A stretch of DNA of 64,000 bases, taken from contig NC_069006.1 in assembly GCF_001194135.2 (NCBI RefSeq), positions 24,883,550 through 24,947,549 on the forward strand, written 5' to 3'. The DNA comes from Octopus bimaculoides. Lineage: Eukaryota. The position numbers were made by a program, and so were the translations under genes. This document shows positions 1 to 11,614 of this stretch, one piece after another (within the stretch, counting starts at the first letter, position 1; each line of letters opens with the position of its first letter). The notes beneath the pieces are model-generated. The model had not been told where the DNA came from and made no database searches. It worked only from the letters and a program-made list of their open reading frames with translations.

Positions 1-120
1 GCCCAGTACTTATTCTATCGATCTCTTTTTGCCGAGCCGATAGGTTATGGAGACGTAAACACACCAACATCGGTTGTCAAGTGATGGTAGGGGGACAAAC
101 ACACAGATACCCACAGACAG

Positions 121-157
<37 letters not shown>

Positions 158-428
158 CGGATGGGCTTCTTTCAGTTTATGGCTACCAAATCCACTCACA
201 AGGCTTTGGTTGGCTCATGACAAGTAAAAGAGACTTGCCCAAGGTGCCACGCAGTGGGACTGAACCTAAAACTATGTAGTTGGGAAGCAAACCTTTTACC
301 AAACAGCCATGCCTGCATTTATGCATGTGTGTATTTTTATAGAAAGTTGTTTAGAAAACGCAAAAGCACAAGAAATTAAAATAAATAACTTCATATAACT
401 ATAAATATATATTCTACTTCCATTACAG

Positions 429-613
429 GTTAGTTTTCTATTTGTTCACCTTCTTCACAATGTTACATTTATACGCCAACTATTCTGCTATCAAATCTGT
501 TACCATGGAAACCATCAATCAGGCTCGTTTGTGCATCCTGGTGCAGGAGTATCTGCGATCATCCACGATTTTAAATGTGAAAGAAGTCAACATGCAAGAA
601 CCAGTTATCTTCG
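429..613 (+). CDS. RUSF1: RUS1-family protein (RUSF1/C16orf58-like), internal exon
   Basis: ttacAG|G...TTCG|GTGAG. Encodes LVFYLFTFFTMLHLYANYSAIKSVTMETINQARLCILVQEYLRSSTILNVKEVNMQEPVIF, resembling human C16orf58 LHIYANYRAVRALVMETLNEGRL...EP. Phase 2 to 1. Confidence 0.9.
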
Positions 614-1343
614 GTGAGTTGTCTAAACCAAGATTAACCCTAATCTAGCAGACCCCTATAATGAAGGGGATTCTGGCTCTGACCATATTGTCCTGTCTTT
701 TAAGGGTTTTTTTTTTTCTTTCTCCTTATTTACCCCCACAAACTTATGTTTTCCTTTTTAACCCTTTTGATACCAACCCACCTGAGGCCAACTTTGGTTC
801 TATGAGATAAACTTCCTGTTTTAAAGTAATCCAGATTAAAACTTTTCATCGAAATTTTATGTTAAGTTTTATTTGAAAAATTAGATTAATAATGACTTAT
901 CACAATAATGGTAAAAAGGCCCCTTTCAGTCATGAAGGACCATAGGGTTGCACCGAGAAAGGTTCCCAGCAAGACACAAGTCCAGGTAAGGTTGTTTATG
1001 GAAGACCAACAGTCCACCCATGCCTACCAGCCTCCCTTCTCCATGCCACTGATGTTATCCAAGGGAAAGGCAAAGGGGCTGATACAACCTGGCACCAGTG
1101 GCATCGCAACTCATTTCTACAGCTGAGTGAACTGAGGCAACATGAAATCAAGTGTCTTGCTCAAGAACACAACACACAGCCCAGTCTGAGAATCGAACTC
1201 ACTACCTCATGATTGTGAGCCTGACGCTCTAACCACTGAGCCATGCACCTTCACCACAATAATGGTGAAATATCAGTATCTACCATTCTCAATCGATTCC
1301 CTGGACACTATTCCACAGAAAATGGGCATTTAAACAAAACAGG

Positions 1344-1556
1344 CATGAAGGGGTTGCTGAAAAGTTCCTGGCATCAAGAGTATTGTGAAAGGCCTGGTTG
1401 GAGGTCCCCAACCTTCTGAGTTCTTTTGCAGCGCTTAGAAAAACCGAAGGACCTGAAGAATCTGAGAGGAGGGGGATATGTTGAATAAAATCATAATTCA
1501 CTGATCCTCATCCTGTATTTTCTTTTACCCAAAGCCAGGAACTTTTCAGCACTGTT
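1344..1556. mobile_element. Mariner-derived MITE
   Basis: Inverted ends: (g)ttgctgaaaagttcctggc at about 1351-1372 and gccaggaacttttcagcac at 1534-1552. No coding capacity between them. Confidence 0.65.
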
Positions 1557-1723
1557 TCTTTTGATTAGAAAAATGAAAATAAAATCAAGTCTACCTCAGT
1601 TGACTTTGTCTCTGCTTCCCAGGCAAGATTCACAGCCACAACGCACCCTGCCAAATGTTTCATTTCTAAAACGAGAAACATACATTGAAGAATTTTGTAT
1701 TCATCTTTATTTTACATTTTCAG

Positions 1724-1781
1724 GAACTTATCGGAAGATGTCCATCCATTTAGGTTGTTCCATAAAGAATATTTATCCAGA
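1724..1781 (+). CDS. RUSF1: RUSF1-like exon
   Basis: ttttcAG|GAACT...CCAGA|GTAAGT. GTYRKMSIHLGCSIKNIYP. Phase 1 to 2, compatible with both neighbours. Confidence 0.85.
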
Positions 1782-1825
1782 GTAAGTCTTGTAGGAAATT
1801 CTTTCAACTGTCTCTCCTGGGATTC

Positions 1826-1859
<34 letters not shown>

Positions 1860-2223
1860 CTTTATTAATAAAGCATATTACTCTACCTCTGGTATTTGAG
1901 TACTATATACACACTAGGTGGCCCAGGTAACAATTCATCTATGCTGATTATATATATATAATCAGTCGCTATGATTGATCGCTAAATCCACAAGTTTTTA
2001 TTATTCTCTCTCTCTGTTTATTTCTTCATGTTCCTTTCTGTTGAAGAGCTTAGGCTTGAAACGTAAAAGACTTTCTCACTTTCCCGAGCATCAAATTAAT
2101 ACACCTGCTTGTTGTTCCTACACCTGTCTTCATCTTTTGTTTTTCTGTAAATTTCAACTATATATATATATATATATTTATATACTTCTCACAACATTTA
2201 TTTTGTGTATTTGAATTTTGCAG

Positions 2224-2297
2224 TGAAAGCATTTTAGCCAGTCTTAAAAAGATTTATAAAGATTCTAAATATCTGGTGTTCACGGATCTTGTAGATG
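2224..2297 (+). CDS. RUSF1: RUSF1-like exon
   Basis: ttttgcAG|TGAAAGC...GATG|GTAAGT. ESILASLKKIYKDSKYLVFTDLVD. Phase 2 to 1. Confidence 0.85.
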
Positions 2298-2499
2298 GTA
2301 AGTAATTCTCTGGACTAAATGGTATCCTATAATCTAACCCCTTCTGATATGGAACCTACGTAAATTCATCTAGATATATCACAGCAACAGATAGAGAACT
2401 TTTTGCAGTTAATGGGGAGGGGGGGGGCAGTAAAAATCTAAGGAATCCACATGCACCTTAGAAGTAAGTTTTTACAGTCACCAAATAGTCTGTATTCAG

Positions 2500-2877
2500 A
2501 AAGTTTGCTGCAAACATTTTTGCCGCAGGAAAATTCTCCTCAGGATTTTGGGCCATGGGAAAGTCGACCGCATTGGAAAGTTTGTGACAAGACAAAAGAT
2601 GAGTTGCTTCCCTTATTGTTTAAGCCAATAGGAAGGCGTAAGACAGATTCTTAACTCCTTTAAAATTTTCTTTATTCATTTGACAAAATTTGTGTTGCAA
2701 AAATTTTTGTAGAAATTTCAAAAGAGTTAAGAAATTGTTTTACCTTTTCTTATTGGTTGAGACTTTTATATACCAAGGGAAGAAATTCATCTTTTGTCTT
2801 GCAGCAAAATTTCCTATGCATCGAGCTTTCCTACGGCCAAAAATCCTGAGGTCAATTTTCCTGCAGCAAACTTTCCC
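2500..2877. mobile_element. Foldback/MITE with about 100-bp diverged terminal inverted repeats
   Basis: gcaggaaaatt..cctcaggatttt..caagacaaaagatga..cttccctt (about 2525-2615) is the diverged reverse complement of about 2775-2872. Confidence 0.65.
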
Positions 2878-2940
2878 AGAAGCCAAATAGTCATTCACTA
2901 ATGTATGTATGTATAATATTTTTTATTGTTTCATTGCAAG

Positions 2941-3056
2941 ATCATATATACACCCTGCTCTGTAATGGAAGCACTGTTGAACACCAATTGGAAGGGTGTT
3001 TCCAGGCAGAAGTAATAAACGCAGCCATGGATAACCTGATATCACCACAAATTCTT
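2941..3056 (+). CDS. RUSF1: RUSF1-like exon
   Basis: cattgcaAG|ATCAT...ATTCTT|GTAAGT. HIYTLLCNGSTVEHQLEGCFQAEVINAAMDNLISPQIL. Phase 1 to 0. Confidence 0.85.
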
Positions 3057-3234
3057 GTAAGTAATCGCACAACTAAAACATTAATTAACTAGTATTAATT
3101 AATTTATTACATAATAATTATTTGTTTTTCTATTTGGTTTGCAAGATTATGGAAGTCACTTCATGTGTTGAACAAATCCCCCCCCCCCTTCCATATAAGG
3201 AAGTACACCTATGAATCAAATGACTGAAACAAGT

Positions 3235-3272
<38 letters not shown>

Positions 3273-3404
3273 CACATATATACACACATACAACCTTTTA
3301 TATGTTTATCCCTCTCAGCTGCCATTGAAGTTTATTGTTTCCATTCAAATTTCTCTGTATTGACAAAAGTTTCATTTGTTTTTCTTTGTTTTGTTGTTTC
3401 TCAG

Positions 3405-3450
3405 GAACAGAACAAGACCCTCCAGAAGGTAACTCAATCAGCCAGCGCCA
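3405..3450 (+). CDS. RUSF1: RUSF1-like short exon
   Basis: Long pyrimidine tract then tctcAG|GAACAG...GCGCCA|GTAAGT. EQNKTLQKVTQSASA. Phase 0 to 1 fits the terminal exon. Confidence 0.8.
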
Positions 3451-4119
3451 GTAAGTAACATTACTCCAGTGCTTCTCTCAAAACACTTCACTTCATAAAT
3501 GTGTTGGGTCAGTTGTGAGGTGTCTCCTGAATGCTACTGGTGGGTGTGCCATGGAATCCAGTGCAACTTGTGGCATGTTGATTAGGTTGTTAGCAACTAA
3601 ATCGGCACCCACTGCTAGGCTTGCCTGGTGAGGAGTGTTGCTAGAAATTCAACAGGGTGATAAACAAGGCCTGTCAAAAGCACAGATGACCCTGCTATAA
3701 GTTCAATATAGATGGAAGGGTGGATGGATGGAGAGATAGATAGATAGATAGATAGATAGATATAACAGCTGTAGTACTAAGGACATACAATTAGAATGCT
3801 GCAAGAAAGCATTGCAAAACATATAATTCAAATCCAACAGGAGACCCAGGGGTAGGGTCACATCCATAGTCTCAGCTGGTCATGCTTGGGAATCCAACCG
3901 GAAAGTCTAATAATGGTTGTTTCTAACAGGACCCTATGAGGGAAGTGTCTCAGGACTACTCCTATGACTCTTCCAGAAATATTGAGTGGATGGGACAAAA
4001 TTCAATTCTTTAATCAGTTGTTCTACAGTTTTTACCATTCTGACAGTTTCATTAATTGCAGTCTTTTATTGTGTTTTAAGAAGAATATAAATGATTTGGA
4101 ATTCTTTCATTTTCCACAG

Positions 4120-4280
4120 GAATTCCTCAGGAAGTGATAAAATATTCCTTTGAATACACAAAAGAGAATTTTGGAAATTTTAAGAAATTGTTGCAGTCAA
4201 AACATTGGATAACAGACCGCCATTTATTAGGAGCTGACGAATGGAGAGTGGATTTAATGATGAATAAAAAGAACGATTGA
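4120..4280 (+). CDS. RUSF1: RUSF1-like terminal coding exon (stop TGA 4278-4280)
   Basis: tttccacAG|GAATT. IPQEVIKYSFEYTKENFGNFKKLLQSKHWITDRHLLGADEWRVDLMMNKKND*, resembling the human C-terminal FPKFLKGLQDAGWKTEKHQLEVDEWR. Confidence 0.9.
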
Positions 4281-4324
4281 GTCAATCAGATTATATGTTT
4301 CTGTAAGAGAGCAAAACTGACCAG

Positions 4325-4330
4325 AATAAA
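4325..4330 (+). terminator. Candidate polyadenylation signal (AATAAA) of the RUSF1-like gene
   Basis: AATAAA 45 nt after the stop codon, just before a SINE copy. Not supported by transcript data. Confidence 0.4.
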
Positions 4331-4828
4331 TACATTTATATCTATACGCTTTTACTTGTTTCAATCATTTGACTGCAGCCATGCTGGAGCACCACCTTTA
4401 CTAGAACAAAACGACCCCAGGACTTATTCTTTGTTAGCTGGTACTTATTCTATTGGTCTCTTTTGTCGAACTGCTAAGTTATAGGGATGTAAACACACCA
4501 ACATTGGTTGTCAAGCGATGGTGGGAGGACAAACACAGACACAAATATATACATACACACACACATGTATATAGACAGGCTTCTTACAGTTTCCGTCTAC
4601 TAAATCTACTTGCAAGGCTTTGGTCAGTATGAGGCACTTGCCCAAGGTGCTCCGCAGTGGGACTGAACATGGAACCGTGTGGTTCGGAAGCAAGCTTCTT
4701 ACCACACTATATTAAAGTTTACAAACTAATTTGCATAAATTACGTATAATATTTGAGTGAAAGTAAGAGGGTAAGAGGCCCGAAAACCATTAAATACTTA
4801 CTGCTGAGTGACTTTGTGACCAGCCTGT

Positions 4829-5640
4829 ATATGAGGTGCTATCAGAAGGGTCCCAGATTAGTTATGTTTAATAAAAAAATTACTTATTTACCTAAGTTTT
4901 AAACATCGTCTCCTTCGAAATAGTCCCCTTGCGCAGCAATACTCTGATCCCAGTGTTCCTGTCATTTTTGGAATCCGGCCTGGAAGTCATTTTCTGGAAG
5001 CAAGTCAAAGACCTTCTGTTATTCATTCTGGATCTCAACAATGGTGTTTAAACAGCAATCTTTGAGTTGCATTTTCATCTTGAGGAAGAGATGGGAGTCT
5101 GCAGGTGCTAAATCTCGTAAAAAGAGTGAGTGTGGAAACATTGCCACATTTTTTTGTGAGAAACTCACAAGTGAGGAAAGTTTGGTGACAGGGTGAATCG
5201 TTGTAGTCAAGAATCTAATTCTTCAGGCTCCGCAGATCTGGTCGCTTTTGCTCAATGTTCTCCCTCAAATGCTTCAAAACGTTGTTGAATAACCTCTGAC
5301 GATCCTCATGCATAAGCTGATGAATTTTCTCCCCATTTCTGGGGGTGATGTTCATGGCAGGTCTTCTAGGGACATTCTTCCGTTTTTAAAGCACCCATAC
5401 CACTTGAAACATTGCGTACGACCCACTGCCGTGTAGCTGTAAGCTTGCCAAAGCATGCTCACTATTGCTGTAGCAGGCTTCCCAAGTTTAATGCAAAATT
5501 CCATGTTGGCTTTTTGTTCCAATTTCCTGTCTGTGACAAAAAATAATAGACTACAGCAGACACACCTGATCACAAAAACACAAATTTCATAATTTGCAAG
5601 GTAAATACAATGATGTCACTTAACAACCCACCTCACGCTG
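4829..5640 (-). mobile_element. Degenerate, internally deleted Tc1/mariner (mariner-type) transposon
   Basis: Relic peptides: EQKANMEFCIKLGK...QAY...QCFKWYGCFKNGRMSLED (HTH) and PHSLFLRDLAPADSHLFLKMKMQLK (YSPDLAPxD-like). TIR-like tatgaggtgctatcagaag at about 4831. Multiple stops. Confidence 0.8.
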
Positions 5641-5714
5641 TAAAACATTGACAAAATCCCTTACTTTCTGCTTTTCCTTTCGCCTAGTTTCCCTTCTGAT
5701 ATAATACTCTGCTG

Positions 5715-6010
5715 CCACCATTTTCTCAGTTCCGTTTCTTTGCTTTTAATAGCACTGTCTACCTCCTTGTTCCACCACCATGTCACCCTGGGTATGGCTG
5801 GGGTTTTGCAACAGCTACAAATTTCACCTGCAGCCCTCAGTATGTTGTCCGGCAGGAACGTCCAACTGTCCTCAAAGTTTTACGATCCCAACTCCTCCTG
5901 TCTCTCATAAGAAGCTTCCATTAGGATATTTCTAAATTTTTGTTAGCTTTCTGGGTCTTTCAGCTTCCATAACCTCCTTTTCCAGACTGGTTTCTTTTTG
6001 GGAGTCCTAA
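5715..6010 (-). mobile_element. RTE-clade LINE fragment
   Basis: Minus-strand relic translation WKRRLWKLKDPES*...WTFLPDNILRAAGEICSC..PRVTWWWNKEVDSAIKSK, the endonuclease-RT linker with the WWWNxEV motif. Contains stops. Confidence 0.7.
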
Positions 6011-6518
6011 TTCTGAAGTCACTAACAACTAGTAACCGATGTTGGATTGGCCCTCAAAAGAAATAGGAAATAAAAGAAAAAGAAAAAGAAGAAGAGGAAC
6101 ACAAAGGAGTATCAACACATTGGTCTGGATCTTTATTTACAAAATCAATAGTCATACCAAACAGGGTATAACGCACACTTCAAACACAGGTCTTCATCAA
6201 CATCAGACAATCTGCCAAGAAAATTCCCCTAAAAAGCTGGCAATGAGGAATTCCCGTTTCATTAAAAAAAAAAAAAAATTAAAAGAAAAGAAAAAAGTAA
6301 TAATAATAATAATTATAATAATAATAATAAAATAATAGATAAATAAATGTCAATATTATGAGAATATTTTTTGTATTTTTTTTAGATATTTCAAAATAGC
6401 AGCAAGGAGATCCAACAGGATTTTAAGTCATCGATAGATGGCTTATGAATCCTTTTGTTTTGTTTTTGTTAATTGTTTTTCTTTCTTTCTTCTCTTTGAC
6501 AGCAACTTGTCTTCTTCA

Positions 6519-7369
6519 NNNNNNNNNNNNNNNNNNNNNNNNNNNNNNNNNNNNNNNNNNNNNNNNNNNNNNNNNNNNNNNNNNNNNNNNNNNNNNNNNN
6601 NNNNNNNNNNNNNNNNNNNNNNNNNNNNNNNNNNNNNNNNNNNNNNNNNNNNNNNNNNNNNNNNNNNNNNNNNNNNNNNNNNNNNNNNNNNNNNNNNNNN
6701 NNNNNNNNNNNNNNNNNNNNNNNNNNNNNNNNNNNNNNNNNNNNNNNNNNNNNNNNNNNNNNNNNNNNNNNNNNNNNNNNNNNNNNNNNNNNNNNNNNNN
6801 NNNNNNNNNNNNNNNNNNNNNNNNNNNNNNNNNNNNNNNNNNNNNNNNNNNNNNNNNNNNNNNNNNNNNNNNNNNNNNNNNNNNNNNNNNNNNNNNNNNN
6901 NNNNNNNNNNNNNNNNNNNNNNNNNNNNNNNNNNNNNNNNNNNNNNNNNNNNNNNNNNNNNNNNNNNNNNNNNNNNNNNNNNNNNNNNNNNNNNNNNNNN
7001 NNNNNNNNNNNNNNNNNNNNNNNNNNNNNNNNNNNNNNNNNNNNNNNNNNNNNNNNNNNNNNNNNNNNNNNNNNNNNNNNNNNNNNNNNNNNNNNNNNNN
7101 NNNNNNNNNNNNNNNNNNNNNNNNNNNNNNNNNNNNNNNNNNNNNNNNNNNNNNNNNNNNNNNNNNNNNNNNNNNNNNNNNNNNNNNNNNNNNNNNNNNN
7201 NNNNNNNNNNNNNNNNNNNNNNNNNNNNNNNNNNNNNNNNNNNNNNNNNNNNNNNNNNNNNNNNNNNNNNNNNNNNNNNNNNNNNNNNNNNNNNNNNNNN
7301 NNNNNNNNNNNNNNNNNNNNNNNNNNNNNNNNNNNNNNNNNNNNNNNNNNNNNNNNNNNNNNNNNNNNN
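6519..7369. other. Assembly gap (other gaps: 8765-9320, 12533-13074, 24095-24104, 26867-27106, 34167-34444, 38053-38068, 42839-42848, 45138-45147, 46817-47240, 51975-52001)
   Basis: Runs of N. ORFs spanning them are artefacts, except where they overlap KSR exons. Confidence 0.99.
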
Positions 7370-7556
7370 CTGAAAGCAGTTTGTTAAGAATTGTGCTTCG
7401 TTTATTGAGAGGCAAGATGACGATGATGATGAGGATGAAAAATGAAAACGTCCACCAGCCCTCCCCCTGTTATAGGGATGCTGTGGAGCAAGGATAGCAA
7501 GGTGAAATGAAATCAGATAGGAGTGCAGGAGTAAAGAGGTACAGAAACTAAGATTT

Positions 7557-7937
7557 TTAATCCTTTTGCTACCAACCCACCCGAGACCGCTCCTGGGTTC
7601 TAAGGTACAAACTTCCTGTTTTAAAGTGATCCAAAATTAAAAACTTCCATCAGAATTTCATGTTCATTTATGTTCCAAACACCAGTTTGATATAATGACT
7701 AAGCTATTTCACTAAATTCTTCATTATTTTCAAAATTAATTGAAACAAAGACAATGTAGTTCAACAGAAGTATGGTAACAAAAGGGTTAAAGTGATCTAA
7801 ATTAAAATCTTCAATCAAGATTTTATGCTAATTTATGTTCCAAACACCAACTTCACAATGACAAATTATTTTCCTAAATTCATTATTTCCAGAATAAACT
7901 GAAACCAAAGGCAGTGAATACGGTAAGAAAAGGGTTA
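7557..7937 (+). mobile_element. TTAA-flanked piggyBac-like MITE family (other copies near 757, 21940-22120, 52770-53255)
   Basis: ttaa(c)ccttttg.taccaaccc...atggtaacaaaagggttaa, with the internal unit repeated in tandem. Confidence 0.6.
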
Positions 7938-10900
7938 ATTTGAAATCAAAATATTACAATTGGTTTTGATGCTTTCAGAGTCGTACTTGTCTAAAGAGTG
8001 TGCGTTGAAACTGAAGGGACTACATTTAGGAGGAATCGTTTAACCTTTAGCATGCTTAGGTGCATTATGTTGCCATAGAGTTCTCTCCCCTGTAGCCGCA
8101 GTTGCATTGTGCTGCACCGAAAGGGAAGAAAACTCATACAGTGACATGATGCTCTTCCAGAGTGTTAAAGGTTAATAATAACGTACTGGCTTCTAACAAA
8201 CTTTCAGACACTTGCATTGCAAATCTCAACACCTTGTAGAATAAATTTAAATTTCACAGCTTTCTATAACAATGTAGATTTAATACTAAATTTTACTTTT
8301 TTTCTTTCATGTAAAAAAAAAAAATTCAAATTAATGATTTCAAATTATGGCACAAGGCCAGTAATTTCAGAGGAGGGGATAAATTGATTACACTGACCCC
8401 AGTACTCAACTGGTACTTATTTTATCGACTCCTAACTTGGTGGAATTTGAACTCAGAATGCAAAGATGGACAAAATGCTGCCAAGTATTTCCTCCTGGTG
8501 TACTAATGATTCTGTCAGTTCGTCCTTTTAAATTGATGTTACGAAAGAAACAACAAAAAGTTTATACTAGGAAAGAAAAAAAATTTTTAACTTAAGACAG
8601 TTTAGTTGTAGGAGAGTATCACATTTATCTTAGAGAGAGGGAGAGAAAGATGGACAGAAAAAAACTTTTGGATTACAACCGAAACTAAGACAATGGAATA
8701 TAGGTAGGGATTTTTACTCCACTCCACACTTATAATATACAGACTTTCATTATTGGGACAAATTNNNNNNNNNNNNNNNNNNNNNNNNNNNNNNNNNNNN
8801 NNNNNNNNNNNNNNNNNNNNNNNNNNNNNNNNNNNNNNNNNNNNNNNNNNNNNNNNNNNNNNNNNNNNNNNNNNNNNNNNNNNNNNNNNNNNNNNNNNNN
8901 NNNNNNNNNNNNNNNNNNNNNNNNNNNNNNNNNNNNNNNNNNNNNNNNNNNNNNNNNNNNNNNNNNNNNNNNNNNNNNNNNNNNNNNNNNNNNNNNNNNN
9001 NNNNNNNNNNNNNNNNNNNNNNNNNNNNNNNNNNNNNNNNNNNNNNNNNNNNNNNNNNNNNNNNNNNNNNNNNNNNNNNNNNNNNNNNNNNNNNNNNNNN
9101 NNNNNNNNNNNNNNNNNNNNNNNNNNNNNNNNNNNNNNNNNNNNNNNNNNNNNNNNNNNNNNNNNNNNNNNNNNNNNNNNNNNNNNNNNNNNNNNNNNNN
9201 NNNNNNNNNNNNNNNNNNNNNNNNNNNNNNNNNNNNNNNNNNNNNNNNNNNNNNNNNNNNNNNNNNNNNNNNNNNNNNNNNNNNNNNNNNNNNNNNNNNN
9301 NNNNNNNNNNNNNNNNNNNNTGACCCCAGTAGTTCACTGGTACTTTATTTTATCGACCTCAGAAGGATGAAAGGCAAAGTTGACCTCGGCAGGGTTTGAA
9401 CTCAGAATATTAAGAGCCGGAGCAAACGCCACAAGATGTTTTTATCCACTGCTCTAACGTCTGCCAATCCCCCAGATTAATATGTTTTCTCACATTGGCA
9501 CATAGCCATTCATTTGGGTTGGGCGGGCAAGTGTGGGGAGAGACGATTGGTAGGAGATGTAACTGATTAAAATTGACCCCTAACATTTGATTTTATCGAC
9601 CTCAGAAAGATTTAAAAAAAAAAAAAAAATCCAAGTCGGTCATGGTGAAGTTTGAACTCAGAGTGCAAAGGGACGTAACCAAATAACTACAAATTTTTGC
9701 TTGCCAATCTATCAGATGAACCAACTGATGACAACAGTGATGATGATGATGATGACGATGTGGATTTGTTGGACATGACCCCCTCCCCCCATCATTCCTT
9801 TACCAAATGAATAGAAGTAGAGAAAAAGATTATGTGATGTGTTTGTTGTGACTGAAGTGAAACAGAATCATGGACTCAAATTGCTTGAAGCTTATTTACT
9901 CTGCTTGCTCTATGGTGAAGTAGTTTTTAATAGAGAAGTTCTTATGATCCAGAGGGACTGCGTTCCCAGCCCAGGTATGGAGTGCATCAGTCCTAAAGGT
10001 CATAGAGCTAATGCCAATCTCAGGTGGAGGGTTAGCTGCAGGAATAGGAGACAAATGGGCAAATGGAGTGTTGTGTGTTGGCATCAGGTGTGAGAGAGAG
10101 AAAGAGAGAGATTTTGTGTGTGTGTGATGCAGGGAGTTAACTTTATGAAAAGAATGTGTGAGAGAGAGAGGGGGAGAGGAGGAGGTGGTGGTGGTGATGA
10201 TGATATGAGAATGGAAGAATATGGGGTGGGTCGAATTGAAAGCATCCAGTGATGGTTGTGGTAAGAATTGGTAACTGGAAGTACCAGTACTGGGAAGATG
10301 GGAATCTTGGTGGTGGATGGTGGTGGTCTGTATATACATACATATATATGCATATACACACACACATACATACACATATATAGTAGTAGATATGTTTTTA
10401 ACCCCAGGCCAACTCTGCTCAAGTAAATCTATGATCAGCATTACTGTTTCATTTCTTTTCCTCCAGGGCTCACAAAGATTGCATTTTCTCACGTGTCCAA
10501 AGAAAATGAGGGAAAAAAAGAGGGAGAGGGGGAGAAGGGTAACTGTTGTTGAGGTGGTGGTTGTTAGTCCCAAGTGGGCCCTGATCAAAGCAGGCCAAAG
10601 ATGAAAGGCACTCCAGCCGTGGCTTTTCCTCAGACACAGCAAACCACGAACCAACCCGTCATCTAATGTGTGTGTGTTTCGAAGACGATAGCGGTGATGA
10701 ACTGAGGGAGATTTGACTGCCACTTCCAGCTGGTTGAGGCTGCCTTGTTTATCTCAGCACGTGTTTACACTAGTGGAATAATTAGCAGTGACAGTAATGA
10801 CACAAAGATAGCAGCAGCCATACCAGTAATACATTGGGGGTAGAGTGTACAGCAGCAACACTACATTCGGCATATGTTTTTGGTGTCTAATAAGCCAGGT

Positions 10901-11076
10901 AACAAACAAGTTTAACAGTTACAGAGACGGCCATTATAGCAACGCTGAAGCAATGCCTTCTGATGGTGAGCTGTCTGTTGTTGATTAAATTTATAATTAT
11001 CAGATCATTAAATTAATCTTTAGAGATGAAAGATAATCCTAACATTTACACCTATACCATTTTCTGATCAGTTTAA

Positions 11077-11614
11077 CCCTTCACCTGTCCCCTGTATCAC
11101 CGGTGATACACAAAACGTACTTCGCCTGGTGTCCATACATCATATCTGATGCACTCAAACATCCCAATATTTTCTCAACCTCCAGAATAACTTGGGTGTT
11201 ATGAAAGCAAAGCTTTAATATCACTCAGAATGTATGAAACAAGCACTAACTAAAAGAATGAATGTTTAGGGACAGGCAAAGGGTTAATTCATACTGTGGA
11301 GTTTGAGTCACTCTTCTGTTATACCCCTTGACTCATACAATGGAGTTTGAGTCACTCAATATCTGTTACTCTCCTTAACCCTTCGCCTGGCTTTTTCTTT
11401 TCACATGTGATACATAGGACACATTTTTCTGGTGTCCATGCATCATATGTGATACATTCCCAGTTTTTTTCCAACCACCGACAAACTTGGAACTTATGAA
11501 AAGGAAAGCTTTGAATTACTTCAGAATGTATGCAAAAAGGGCTAACTAAAGTTTTGAAAACAAGCATGGACATTTAGGACAAACTTATGAAAAGGTTTCA
11601 GACAAAGCAGAGGG
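11077..11614. mobile_element. Two adjacent TTAA-flanked piggyBac-like MITE copies (11077-11283 and 11379-11614)
   Basis: Each copy is TTAA|CCC...GGG|TTAA. Shared internal sequence: ggtgtccat.catcatat.tgat and ttatgaaa..aaagcttt..tcagaatgtatg. Confidence 0.65.

Noticed and set aside
6438-7497. Long ORFs at 6438-7497, 8750-9370, 12427-13197, 34000-34626 and 46773-47309
   Set aside because: They are open only because they run through N gaps.
9896-10723. 275-aa minus-strand ORF
   Set aside because: Low complexity, spans microsatellites, no recognisable domain or supporting splice structure.
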